Shown piece after piece: positions 30,569 to 40,409 of a stretch of DNA of 64,000 nt (position 1 is the stretch's first letter; the number at the start of each line of letters is the position of its first letter). Position numbers and translations under genes: made by a program. The stretch lies in assembly GCA_009838965.1 (NCBI GenBank), contig VXQP01000078.1, positions 388 through 64,387 of the forward strand, read 5' to 3'. A model generated the notes under the pieces. The model had not been told where the DNA came from. It worked only from the letters and a program-made list of their open reading frames with translations, and did no database searches. This DNA comes from Chloroflexota bacterium (GTDB lineage: Bacteria; Chloroflexota; Dehalococcoidia; Lucifugimonadales; Australimonadaceae).

Positions 30569-31500
30569 TATTCGGCGCGCTGCTCGCGCTCGTCTCCGCG
30601 TTCTCGTTCAGCGTCAACTTCATCCTCGTGCGGCGGGGCTTCGCCGACGCCGGAGCGACTGCGGCGCAGGGTGCGTTCATCACCGTACTCCTGGGCGTGC
30701 CGTTCGGCCTCGTGTCCGTGCTCGTGACCGGCCAACTGTTCAACTTCGGGCAGCTCGCGCCGGACGAGTACCTCCTGCTCGCCGCGGCGGGCATCGTGCA
30801 CTTCGGCATCGGGCGCTACTGCAACTACCGCGGCATCGCCGCGATCGGCGCTCCGCGCGCGGCCACCATCCAGGCCATCGCAGTGCCGTACAGCATCGTC
30901 ATGGCGATGCTCCTCCTCGACGAGCGTCCCACCATCCTGATGTACGCAGGCATCGCGCTCATCCTCGGCAGCCCTGCGCTGATGATCGACCGACGTAAAC
31001 GTCCTGCTCCCGCCGGCGGCGCCGCAAGCGCCACGCCTGCCGTCGAGATGCGCATGGTGGAGGGCTACACCTTCTCCCTGCTCGCGGCGGGGGCGTACGG
31101 CACCAGCCCGATCCTGATACGCGCCGCCGTGGAGGACGCGACCGGCGTAGCCGCCATCGGCACGTTCGTCGCCTACGTCGGCGCGTCGGCGATGCTCATG
31201 GCCACGCTGGCGCTGCCCACGCAACGGCACCTCGTCGGCACCATCAACCTTCGCTACATGCGGCTGTTCGGCGGCGCGGGCTTCGCCGTTTTCTTCGCGC
31301 AACTGCTGCGCTTCTTCGCGCTGTCGATCGCCGACGTGAGCATCGTGAACCCGCTCATGCGCATGATCGGCGTCTTCACACTCATCCTCTCGTACCTGGT
31401 CAACCGGCGACTGGAGCACATCACGGTGGGCGTCGTGCTCGGCGTGCTGGTGTCGTTCGCCGGGTCGGCGCTGCTGGTTACCGCGGCGGCGGGCCGCTGA
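30565..31500 (+). CDS. EamA/DMT family transporter, copy 1
   Basis: About 10 TM segments in two repeats, 'AGIVHFGIGRYCNY'. Start overlaps the CoA-transferase stop. Confidence 0.85.
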   Translation: MIFGALLALVSAFSFSVNFILVRRGFADAGATAAQGAFITVLLGVPFGLVSVLVTGQLFNFGQLAPDEYLLLAAAGIVHFGIGRYCNYRGIAAIGAPRAATIQAIAVPYSIVMAMLLLDERPTILMYAGIALILGSPALMIDRRKRPAPAGGAASATPAVEMRMVEGYTFSLLAAGAYGTSPILIRAAVEDATGVAAIGTFVAYVGASAMLMATLALPTQRHLVGTINLRYMRLFGGAGFAVFFAQLLRFFALSIADVSIVNPLMRMIGVFTLILSYLVNRRLEHITVGVVLGVLVSFAGSALLVTAAAGR

Positions 31501-31516
31501 GTGATAGGCTCGCGAC

Positions 31517-32473
31517 GTGATATTCGGCGCGCTCCTCTCGCTCTCTTCCGCATTGTCGTTCAGCGTCAACGCCATCCTCGTCCGGAGGGGCATCGCGGGC
31601 GCGGGCGCGACGGCGTCGCAGGGCGCGTTCATCACCGTGCTCCTCGGTGTGCCGTTCGGCTTCGCGGCTGTCGTCATCACCGGCCAGATGCTGCGGTTCG
31701 GCGAGGTAGCGCCGATGGGTTACCTGCTGCTGCTCGCGGCGGGCATCGTCCACTTCGGGGTCGGCAGGTACTGCAACTACCGGTCCGTCGAGGCGATCGG
31801 TGCGGCGCGCTCCGGCCCCATCATGGGCGTGACCACACCTTTCAGCGTCCTGATGGCCGTCATCCTGCTCGACGAGGTGGTGACGCTGGCGATGCTGTTC
31901 GCCATCGGGCTCGTGCTGCTCGGCCCGGCAGTGATCCTCGAACGCAGGCCGCGTACTTCTGCCCCTGCGGCTTCGAGCGGAGGAGCGGAAAGCCCGCGCG
32001 CGACGCGGAACCCGCTCGAACTGCGCTTCCTCGAGGGGTACGTGTTCGCCACTCTCGCGGCAGTCGCATACGGGACGAGTCCCCTCCTCATCCGCGCCGC
32101 GCTGATGGACGCGACACGGACGGCGGCGATAGGCACGTTCGTCGCGTACTTCGGCGCCTCGGCGGTGCTCCTCGCGACCCTCGTCATCCCCGGAAGGCGG
32201 CAGCTCATCCGCGCCATCAACCTGCGCTACATGCGGCTGTTCGGCGGCGCGGGGCTCATGGTCTTCCTCGCCCAACTGCTGCGCTTCTTCGCGCTGTCGG
32301 TAGCCGACGTCAGCGTCGTGACCCCGCTGCAGCGCATGGCGAACGTCTTCACGGTCATCCTCACGTGGATATTCAACCGCTCGCTGGAGACGATAACGCT
32401 GCGCGTCGTGATCGGCGTGCTGGTCTCCTTCGGGGGATCGGCGCTACTGGTCTACGAGGCGGCAACGCGGTGA
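31517..32473 (+). CDS. EamA/DMT family transporter, copy 2
   Basis: Paralogue of copy 1 ('MIFGALL...QGAFITVLLGVPFG'). Confidence 0.85.
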   Translation: MIFGALLSLSSALSFSVNAILVRRGIAGAGATASQGAFITVLLGVPFGFAAVVITGQMLRFGEVAPMGYLLLLAAGIVHFGVGRYCNYRSVEAIGAARSGPIMGVTTPFSVLMAVILLDEVVTLAMLFAIGLVLLGPAVILERRPRTSAPAASSGGAESPRATRNPLELRFLEGYVFATLAAVAYGTSPLLIRAALMDATRTAAIGTFVAYFGASAVLLATLVIPGRRQLIRAINLRYMRLFGGAGLMVFLAQLLRFFALSVADVSVVTPLQRMANVFTVILTWIFNRSLETITLRVVIGVLVSFGGSALLVYEAATR

Positions 32474-32498
32474 GGGCGGTGAGCGAGGAGGTGTCTGC

Positions 32499-33461
32499 GT
32501 GATATTTGGCGCGCTCCTCGCGCTCGCTTCCTCGTTCTCGTTCAGCGTCAACTCCATCCTCATCCGGCGGGGTCTCGCCGACGCGGGCGCAACGGCTGCG
32601 CAGGGCGCGTTCATCACCGTGCTGCTCGGCGTGCCGTTCGGTTTCGCGGCAGTCGTCATCACCGGCCAGATCCTCAACTTCGACCAGGTCCCGCTGAACG
32701 GCTACCTGATGATCGCCGCGGCGGGCATCATCCACTTCTGCATCGGGCGCTACTGCAACTACCGGAGCATCGCGGCGTTCGGCGCGTCACGCGCCGTCAC
32801 CGTCCAGGCCTTCGCCGTGCCCTACAGCATCATCATGGCGATCGTGCTGCTCGGCGAGCGGCCGACCGCCTTCATGTACGTGGCTATCGCGCTCATCCTC
32901 GGCAGTCCTCTGCTGATGATCGACCGCGGGAAACGGCCTGCCCGGGGGGCGGAACGGACGGGGGCGCCTCCCTCGGGCGCCGCCAGGAGCGGCGCGCCCG
33001 CCGTCGAGATACGCATGGTGGAGGGCGTCGTCTTCTCTCTTCTCGCGTCGGTGGGGTACGGCACCAGCCCCATCCTGATACGCGCCGCGCTGGAGGATGC
33101 GACGGGCGTCGCAGCCGTCGGCACGTTCGTCGCATACGTCGGCGCGTCGGTCGTGCTCCTCGTGTCGCTCGCGCTGCCCGCGCAGCGGCACCTCATCGGC
33201 GCCATCAACTTCCGCTACATGCGGCTGTTCGGCAGCGCGGGGCTGAGCGTCTTCATGGCGCAACTGCTGCGGTTCTTCTCACTCGCGCTCGCAGACGTGA
33301 CCATCGTCGACCCGCTCATGCGCACCGTGGGCGTCTTCACGCTCATCCTCTCGTACCTGGTCAACCGACGGCTCGAGCTCATCACGCTGGGGGTCGTGCT
33401 CAGCGTACTGGTGTCGTTCGCAGGGTCGGCGATGCTGGTCATCGCAGCGGCGCAGCGCTAG
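32499..33461 (+). CDS. EamA/DMT family transporter, copy 3
   Basis: Paralogue, closest to copy 1. Confidence 0.85.
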   Translation: MIFGALLALASSFSFSVNSILIRRGLADAGATAAQGAFITVLLGVPFGFAAVVITGQILNFDQVPLNGYLMIAAAGIIHFCIGRYCNYRSIAAFGASRAVTVQAFAVPYSIIMAIVLLGERPTAFMYVAIALILGSPLLMIDRGKRPARGAERTGAPPSGAARSGAPAVEIRMVEGVVFSLLASVGYGTSPILIRAALEDATGVAAVGTFVAYVGASVVLLVSLALPAQRHLIGAINFRYMRLFGSAGLSVFMAQLLRFFSLALADVTIVDPLMRTVGVFTLILSYLVNRRLELITLGVVLSVLVSFAGSAMLVIAAAQR

Positions 33462-33465
33462 TCAT

Positions 33466-34080
33466 CTACGCCTGCGCCAGCCGCAGCGCGGCCTCGTACT
33501 GCTCACGCGTGTTCAGGTTCGTGAGCGTGAGCGGGTCGTCGACCGGCACGAGCATACGCTCAGCGCGATGGCGCGAGACGACCTCCCGCAGCCCCTGCCC
33601 TTCCTCCGTGATGGCGCGCAGCTCCGGCAGCAGCGCAGTGTCGAAGAGCGGCGGATGCCCGGCGTTGCCGTCGAGCGACGGCACGGCGATGGCGGGCCGC
33701 GACGCAAGCCACACCTCGCGCAGCCGCGACAGCAGCGCGCCCGAGCGGGGCTGGTCGACCGAGATGATGAGCACGCCCGAGACGTCGTCCGGCACAACGG
33801 CCAGGCCAGCGGTGATGGAGGTGGTTCGCCCTTCGCGGTAGCGTGGGTTCTCGACGATCTGCAGCGGCTCGGGGCCGGTGAGCACCTGCCGCAGCCGCTC
33901 GGCGAGGTGTCCGAGCACGACAACGATGGGCTCGTAGTCCGCCGCCGCAAGCGCGTGCGCCTGGTGCGCCAGCAGCGACCTGCCGCTTATCCAGGGCAGC
34001 AGCGCTTTCATCTCGTGCATCCGCGTCGATTCGCCCGCCGCGAGCAGCACTGCCGCGACGCGAGTCTCGTTCCCGGTCAT
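33466..34080 (-). CDS. MobA/MocA-like nucleotidyltransferase
   Basis: 'LLAAGESTRM..KALL', 'VDQP', 'GHPPLF'. Probable leaderless start (TAAGAT-7 nt-ATG 34080). Confidence 0.85.
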   Translation of the reverse strand: MTGNETRVAAVLLAAGESTRMHEMKALLPWISGRSLLAHQAHALAAADYEPIVVVLGHLAERLRQVLTGPEPLQIVENPRYREGRTTSITAGLAVVPDDVSGVLIISVDQPRSGALLSRLREVWLASRPAIAVPSLDGNAGHPPLFDTALLPELRAITEEGQGLREVVSRHRAERMLVPVDDPLTLTNLNTREQYEAALRLAQA

Positions 34081-34157
34081 GGCGGACATCTTACGCGCTC
34101 AGGCAGTCTGACAACGGCTGCTAAACTACGCCGCAGCGTTCTCACAGGGAGGCTGCC

Positions 34158-34946
34158 ATGCCGGTACCGCACGACCAGTTGCACGCACTCGCCCACGCGC
34201 TGAGCGAGGCTGAGCACAACGCGACGCCCATCCCGCCGCTGACGGAGCAGGCGCCGGAGATCACGTCCGAGGACGCGTACGCCGTCGCCGCGGACATCGT
34301 CGTGCACGAGCTGGAGCACGGGCACCGCATCGTCGGGCGGAAGGTCGGCCTCACGAACGAGGCGATGCAGGCCGTGTTCGGCATCGACACGCCCATCTAC
34401 GGCACGATATTCGACGACACGACGGTGCGGGACAACGGGCGCATCAAGTCGTCGGAGCTGATCCACCCGAAGGCGGAGCCGGAGCTGGCGTTCCGGCTAA
34501 AGTCGCCGCTGAGCGGGCCGGGCGTGACGCTGGAGGACGTGCTCGCCGCGACGGAGTACGTGTTCCCGGCGCTGGAGATCGTGGACTGCCGCATCGAGGG
34601 GTGGCGCATCAAGGAGCAGGACATCATCGCGGACAACGGCGTGGCGGCCCGGGTCGTGGTCGGAAGCACGCGGCTGCCACCCGGCGCGTTCAACCTCTCG
34701 ATGGAGGAAGTCGTCCTCTACCGCAACGGTGAGGAGTTCGAGCGTGCGCAGGCGTCGGCGGTGCTTGGCAACCCAGCGCGCTCGGTGGCGTGGTGCGCGA
34801 ACAAACTGGCGGAGTTCGGCCAGGGGCTGCGGGCGGGCGAGTTCGTGATGACGGGTACCATCACGACGGCGATGGACGTCCGCGTGGGCGACACGGTCCG
34901 CGCGGAGTTCGCAACGCTCGGCGGGGTGAGCGTTCGGTTCACGTAG
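34158..34946 (+). CDS. 2-keto-4-pentenoate hydratase / FAH family protein (MhpD-like)
   Basis: 'GRKVGLTNEAMQ', 'KAEPELAF', 'ALEIVDCRI', 'IADN', 'LGNPA', 'GEFVMTG'. Confidence 0.9.
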   Translation: MPVPHDQLHALAHALSEAEHNATPIPPLTEQAPEITSEDAYAVAADIVVHELEHGHRIVGRKVGLTNEAMQAVFGIDTPIYGTIFDDTTVRDNGRIKSSELIHPKAEPELAFRLKSPLSGPGVTLEDVLAATEYVFPALEIVDCRIEGWRIKEQDIIADNGVAARVVVGSTRLPPGAFNLSMEEVVLYRNGEEFERAQASAVLGNPARSVAWCANKLAEFGQGLRAGEFVMTGTITTAMDVRVGDTVRAEFATLGGVSVRFT

Positions 34947-36134
34947 GGGTGAGGCGAGTACCTACCCTGCTTCGACTCCGCGCAGTTGCCTCCTTCACCT
35001 GACGTGCTGCAACTTGCGCGTTCTTCGCTACCACAGTGCTCACCTGCGTGATGCTTACGTTCTTGGTGGCCTTGTTGGCAAGAACACCAGCCGTGAGTCC
35101 GGCGAGAAGGGCCACTCCTGCTGGCCCCCCAGCGACCCCGACGAGAGAACTGCCGCCAGCGTGCTCCCTGTACCAACGAGACCCTTGGCCTGACCGTCGA
35201 CAAAGGCCTCGTAGTCCCCGGTCCGACGTGCCTCATGGAATGCCTTGGCCAGCGCGACCACGGTGACGACGAGAAGCGCCGGATTAGCCGCCGCGATAGA
35301 GGACAATCCCAGCCCGCCTGCCAACCTTGCGAATGCTTCCGTATCTGCGCGATTCCAGTGCAGGAACAAGGCAACCGTACCGATTGTTCCTCCCAGAAGC
35401 TCAGTCGCATCATAGGTGTTGAGGTCATAGAACCAGCCCTTCGGTATCTCAAGATGCGACTGCAGGGCTATTGCCACTCTGTCAAAGGTCGCTTCATCCC
35501 AGGTGACGATGGGAAGCCCCATCGACGTTGTCCCGTCCCGAAGCAGGCCCAGCACGGTCCCAAACGCCTCTTGGACAATGTTGTCGTCCGCCGAGGCATT
35601 GTGGCTGGTACTCACTGCCCCAGCGATCGTGTGCCCTCCGTCGAACAGCCGGTGCTGACCGCCTCCCTGGTGAGTGGCATTGTAGGCAGCGTCCATCGCC
35701 TGGTCGTAGATGGTTGGGGCACCATCGACAGCGTCCTGCATGAGTTGGTTCAGGTCGTTGGACAGGTTGCTTGCAAGTAAGGCCTGTGCGGACTCCACCA
35801 AGCTCAAAGCCCTGTCGGTCGCCTTATCCAGTACCTGTTTGGAGCCTGAGGTGGCACGCCTCGCGGACGCCTTGACGGTTTGTGCGGCAGTTCCGGAAGC
35901 GCCCTTGGCGGACTCTCCCACGACTGAGGCACGACGTCTTGCCTCATGCGATGCGGCCTTGAGACCAGCACCGGCATCCGACAACCGCTGCTTCGGTCCA
36001 GCCGTAGGGGGAGTTCCGCCCTGCTCGTCAGTGAGGATGTCTTCCTCTCTGGTCGTCGGAGGCGTCTCTCCAGATTCGGAAGTTGTAGAGTCCTTGGTCG
36101 CCCTCGTGGGCAGTATCTTCTTCAATCTCTGCAT
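34939..36134 (-). pseudogene. Hypothetical membrane-associated protein with an apparent frameshift near 35148
   Basis: ORF 36134-35055. A second frame from about 35148 reads SLVGVAGGPAGVALLAGLTAGVLANKATKNV... to TGA at 34939-34941. Confidence 0.55.
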
Positions 36135-36292
36135 CCGTGTGTCTCCGCGTGACAGCACCGGCACGCCTGGGGGCAAGACCGTGAATCACGTCCGCTATCG
36201 ACCTTATACGCCATCTATCCTGTACGTCACCCGTCGGTGCGATGAACAGAAGTGAGCAGCAGTCTCCCCGAACGCTGCCGTGCGGGGATGAG

Positions 36293-36835
36293 CTAGCCCA
36301 TCGCGGCGGTGATGATGCCTTCGATGAAGGCGGCCTTGGCGTCGGTGTAGGCCTCGCGGTCGTTTCTGTGCTTCGCGGCGAGTTCCCGCTTCAGCCGTTC
36401 GTAGTCGCGGGCGGCGCCGGGGTGGGTGCGGAGGTAGTCGCGGAAGGCGAGGTGCGTCCGGATGGCGGGATGGCCCGGCGGGAACATGTGGGCATGCGCG
36501 ACGATGCGGCCGTCGACGGCTTTGTCGAAGTAACAGCGCCCGGGTATGCCGTTCTCACCATGGTACCGGTAGCCGAGCGCCGTCATGCGGGAGACGGTTT
36601 CGAGTCCCTCCTCCGGCCCTGCGGCAACCGGCATGACGTCCAGAATGGGCTTCGCGGCCAGTCCCGGCACCGAAGTGCTGCCGACGTGGTGCACCTCGAC
36701 GACCCCAGGCCCGCAGGCCTCCCGGATGGCCGCCGCCTCGCGCTCGAAAGCCAGGGGCCAGTCGGCGCTGTACTCGACTATCTCGATGCGTCCGCCCTGC
36801 GTGCCGAGCGAATGCCAGCGGCCAGTGGCGCTCAT
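36293..36835 (-). CDS. GrpB family protein (UPF0157, nucleotidyltransferase fold)
   Basis: 'HVGSTSVPGLAAKPILD', 'FRDYLR', 'YERLK', 'YTDAK'. Confidence 0.92.
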   Translation of the reverse strand: MSATGRWHSLGTQGGRIEIVEYSADWPLAFEREAAAIREACGPGVVEVHHVGSTSVPGLAAKPILDVMPVAAGPEEGLETVSRMTALGYRYHGENGIPGRCYFDKAVDGRIVAHAHMFPPGHPAIRTHLAFRDYLRTHPGAARDYERLKRELAAKHRNDREAYTDAKAAFIEGIITAAMG

Positions 36836-36898
36836 GCCTCACTCCCGAAAGGACCGGCTGGACGGTGAAGGTACTTCCTCAACAGGTCGCCGTCCACC

Positions 36899-36927
36899 TT
36901 GCCCCCTCTGCCTGCCAGTGCTAGTGT
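36899..36927 (+). promoter_or_regulatory. Putative promoter of the antiporter gene
   Basis: TTGCCC-17 nt-TAGTGT with TG extension. Confidence 0.45.
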
Positions 36928-37019
36928 CAGCGCTCCAAGCGATAGAGGACCGGTCTCGACGGCGCACCCCACACTCGACCGGCCTCGTTGACCGCAAGGG
37001 ATGAACGGGAGGCGACAGA

Positions 37020-38657
37020 GTGGAGATCCACGAAGCCCTCTTCGCCGTTGGCGTACTCATCGTCACGGCCAAGCTGCTGGAAGGCGTCTTCAAGCGCGTC
37101 GGCCTGAACGCCATCTTCGCCTACGCCATCGCCGGCGTGGTCCTCGGCCCCATGACCGGCCTCGTCCACACCGGCAGGGAGATCGACCTCATCCTCAGCA
37201 TCGGCATCTTCATGTTCTTCTTCCTCATCGGACTGGAGGAGCTGGACATCGCCGGCTTCCTCGCCGCCATCCGGGGCCGCATCTTCTTCACCGCCGTGCT
37301 TGCCGTCACCCTCTCCATGCTCGTCTCCCTCGCGGTCACGACCGACTACATCTTCGACCTCGGGCTGGGCCTCAGTTTCACCGAAGCCCTAGGGCTCGCG
37401 GGCGTGCTCTCCCTCTCCAGCCTGGGCGTCGTCGCGAAGGCGCTCATCGACGAGGGCCGGCTGCGCGAGCCCGTCGGCGTGCAGATATTCACCGCCGTCA
37501 TCATCGTCGAGCTGATCGCCCTCTTCATCGTGGGCTTCGCCATCAGCGGGCACTTCTCGGCGGACGAGCACGGCGCCCTCGACGCGGCGGGCGTGGGCAT
37601 CGTCATCGCACAGATCCTGGGGTTCGCCGTCGTCACGTGGTTCGTGGCCAGCAAGCTGTTGCCGCGGGCCCTCGGTCTGCTACACCGCATCCTGCGCGTG
37701 CCGCAGTTCGCCCTCGGCATCCTTCTCGGGGGTCTCTTCCTCGTCGTCGTCGCGGCCGAAGAGGTGGGGTTGCACGGCTCCCTCGGCGCGCTCCTCTTCG
37801 GCGCCGCCCTCTCCTTCCTGCCGTACCAGATGCGGCGCGACATCATGCCCGGCATGCGCGGGGCTGCCGAGGGCTTCTTCGTGCCGCTGTTCTTCGCTTC
37901 CGCGGGCCTCTACCTCAGCCTGGAATTCACCAAACTCCCCATCGAAACGATTCTCGCGCTGGCCCTCGTCCCCCTGGCGGGCAAGATCGGCGCCTCATTC
38001 GTCAGCGCCTACGTCACACGAGTCGACGCGCCCTTCGCCACGGCGGTGGGGCTCACGGCGAAGGGCGTCGCGGAGATCGCGCTCCTCCTCGTGATGCTGC
38101 AGAGCGGCGCCATCGGCAAGGACATCTTCTCCCTGCTGGTGCTGGTGATGCTGGCTTACATCATGCTCACGCCCATGGGCATCGGTTACGCGCTGCGGCG
38201 GATGGCCCGCCCGACACGCGATCTCTCGTTGGACAAGATCCCTCCGTCGTTCGAGCGCTTCGTGCTGGACGAGGTCAGGGTGCGCGACCTGCTGGACCCC
38301 TACCGCCTCCACCCGGAGGCCTCCCAGACGGTCAAGACCTTCGCGGAAGACTGGCTGTTGCAGGACCAGCACGACTACGTGGTCGTGGAGCACGGTGCGC
38401 TGGCCGGCATCGTGTCCGTGAGCATGCTGCGTTACCTGCCCCGAGCCGAGTGGGAACACACGCCGCTCAACCAGATGCTGCGGCAGCAGACGCCGACCGC
38501 TTCCACCAACGACTACGTGGAGGACGCGCTGCAGCACATGACCGAGAACTCCCTCTCCGCCCTCCCCGTCGTCGACGCCGAGACCGGCGCATTCAAGGGC
38601 TCCATCACCGCCCACGAGATACTGGAGATGCTGCTTCTCAGCGCACGGGGGCAGTAG
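37020..38657 (+). CDS. Cation:proton antiporter (CPA2-like) with C-terminal CBS pair
   Basis: 'AGVVLGP', 'FLIGLEE', 'FFVPLFFASAG', 'KGVAE', then CBS-like 'LPVVDAETGAFKGSIT'. Confidence 0.88.
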   Translation: MEIHEALFAVGVLIVTAKLLEGVFKRVGLNAIFAYAIAGVVLGPMTGLVHTGREIDLILSIGIFMFFFLIGLEELDIAGFLAAIRGRIFFTAVLAVTLSMLVSLAVTTDYIFDLGLGLSFTEALGLAGVLSLSSLGVVAKALIDEGRLREPVGVQIFTAVIIVELIALFIVGFAISGHFSADEHGALDAAGVGIVIAQILGFAVVTWFVASKLLPRALGLLHRILRVPQFALGILLGGLFLVVVAAEEVGLHGSLGALLFGAALSFLPYQMRRDIMPGMRGAAEGFFVPLFFASAGLYLSLEFTKLPIETILALALVPLAGKIGASFVSAYVTRVDAPFATAVGLTAKGVAEIALLLVMLQSGAIGKDIFSLLVLVMLAYIMLTPMGIGYALRRMARPTRDLSLDKIPPSFERFVLDEVRVRDLLDPYRLHPEASQTVKTFAEDWLLQDQHDYVVVEHGALAGIVSVSMLRYLPRAEWEHTPLNQMLRQQTPTASTNDYVEDALQHMTENSLSALPVVDAETGAFKGSITAHEILEMLLLSARGQ

Positions 38658-38668
38658 CGGACGGCCGG

Positions 38669-39406
38669 CTAGGACGACGACAGCAGGAGGCGGGTGTATT
38701 CGTCGCCGGGGGACTGGATGAGCTCCTGGTACGTCCCGGTGCGGAGGATGCTGCCGTCCCGGATGATGGCGATGCGGTCCGCCATGGCGCGCGCGTCGGT
38801 GACATTGTGCGTCACGTACAGCGTCGTTGCGCCGAACTCGTCGTGGACGCGCCGGATCTCCGTGCGCATCTTGGGCCTGCTGATGGGGTCGAGATTGCTC
38901 AGCGGCTCGTCCATCAGGAACGACGTGGCCTCTGTGACCATCGCCCGGGCGAGGGCAACGCGCTGGCGCTCGCCGCCCGACAGTTCGTCGGGTTTGCGCG
39001 GGAAGAGGTACTCCCTGAGCCCGACACGGCGCGCCACGTTGTTCACGCGCGAACGGATCTGCTCATCGCCCCAGCGGCGGGCCTTCAGCGGCAGGCTGAG
39101 GTTGGAGTAGCCGCGCTCCTCCATGACCCGCAGGTGCGGCCAGAGGGCGAGGCTCTGGAAGATGAGCTGCACCGGCCTGCGCCCGACCGGGACGTCGTTC
39201 ATGTACTCGCCGCCGATGTAGATGCCGCCCTGCTCAGGCCGCTCGAGGCCGGCGATGAGGCGCAGCAGCGTGGTCTTGCCCGACCCCGACTCGCCCATGA
39301 TCGCGACGAACTCACCCGCGCCGACCTCGAGGTCCGCGATGTCGACCGCGGGAGCCTCGGTCTTGGGGTACTGGAACTTGAGCCGCAGCACTCGTATGCC
39401 ACTCAT
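38669..39406 (-). CDS. ABC transporter ATP-binding protein (MalK/PotA-like, short)
   Basis: GESGSGKT, LSGGERQR, 'LMDEPLSNLD', 'YVTHN'. Confidence 0.88.
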   Translation of the reverse strand: MSGIRVLRLKFQYPKTEAPAVDIADLEVGAGEFVAIMGESGSGKTTLLRLIAGLERPEQGGIYIGGEYMNDVPVGRRPVQLIFQSLALWPHLRVMEERGYSNLSLPLKARRWGDEQIRSRVNNVARRVGLREYLFPRKPDELSGGERQRVALARAMVTEATSFLMDEPLSNLDPISRPKMRTEIRRVHDEFGATTLYVTHNVTDARAMADRIAIIRDGSILRTGTYQELIQSPGDEYTRLLLSSS

Positions 39407-39513
39407 GACTTCCTACCTGCCGGAAGTATAGGGCAAAGACTGCGATGTTATCTGCCTCCAACCACGTCATGGGCAACTATTCACCCTCCAGGGCATCATC
39501 TATAGTAGGGTGC

Positions 39514-40326
39514 ATGCAGATCTGTCCAGCGTTTGTGGATGAGACTGGTATCCTTACCGGGTCAGTCAAGAAGCAACCGGTCTATGGCATTGGCTTGCTT
39601 GTCGTTCCTGACACAGGGGAAATTACGGACAGATTTTATCGATTGCACTTCAATTTCTTTGCCGAGAGGGCTGCCGAAAGAAAAAGGGTCCGCAAAGCCA
39701 TTCAGACGAGAGAGACCCTGCCGACTCTGCAGGAGATTGACCATCTGATGTCTTCAACACGCCACCATGAGTACAAGTTCGCTGATGCCAATCGCTTCAA
39801 CATGCAGCAGTACATTGACCTTCTCAACGTGTATTTCTCCTGTCCTGGCTTGGAATTCCACGCACTCCTAATGGACCGAACGGATTCTGAAGCAGGTCTG
39901 CATAGGTGGAACAATGACGAATGGGAGGCATATACACATTTCGCACATGAGCTATTGGCAAACACGCTTACTAGAGACGTATTTGCAATCGTGGATCTCC
40001 AAGGCAAGCCACGTCGGTCAAAGGTCCATTTGGAAGATGTTCTATGCTCCATAGACGCAGTGAAGGGGTGCCTCAGGGCTACTTCTGATATGTCAATATA
40101 TCTGCAGCTCGTTGACGTGCTGCTTGGGTGCGTACAATTTGATTATAAGGACCAGATGAGCTACTACAGTCCTGGAACCAGGAGGTCCAATGAGAAGCGG
40201 CTCATGGTTAACTTCATCAAGAGTCAACTAGGTCTACAGCAACAAGATCCTTTTCTGCAGGCAGACATGGCCTTCAGCAAATGGGGAGTAAATTCTCTCT
40301 TCACAATCCGACGAGGGGTGTGGTGA
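39514..40326 (+). CDS. DUF3800-family protein (predicted RNase H-like fold)
   Basis: N-terminal 'FVDETG', 'EYKF', 'IVD', C-terminal 'S..LQLVDVLLG' fit the DUF3800 DESG...QxAD pattern. AT-richer than flanks. TATAGT 7 nt before ATG 39514. Confidence 0.75.
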   Translation: MQICPAFVDETGILTGSVKKQPVYGIGLLVVPDTGEITDRFYRLHFNFFAERAAERKRVRKAIQTRETLPTLQEIDHLMSSTRHHEYKFADANRFNMQQYIDLLNVYFSCPGLEFHALLMDRTDSEAGLHRWNNDEWEAYTHFAHELLANTLTRDVFAIVDLQGKPRRSKVHLEDVLCSIDAVKGCLRATSDMSIYLQLVDVLLGCVQFDYKDQMSYYSPGTRRSNEKRLMVNFIKSQLGLQQQDPFLQADMAFSKWGVNSLFTIRRGVW

Positions 40327-40334
40327 CCGGAGAA

Positions 40335-40403
40335 GGGAGTGCGGCTATGACCGGCGTCCATCCCATAGGCGGGACGACGTTCCCCGGCCACTCCGCACTT
40401 ACG
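40335..40403 (-). ncRNA. Candidate structured small RNA convergent with the DUF3800 gene
   Basis: Nested stems 40338-44/40393-99, 40348-54/40384-90 (G-U only on minus), 40355-58/40376-79, 40361-64/40371-74. Minus-strand promoter immediately upstream. Confidence 0.55.
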
Positions 40404-40409
40404 CTTTCC

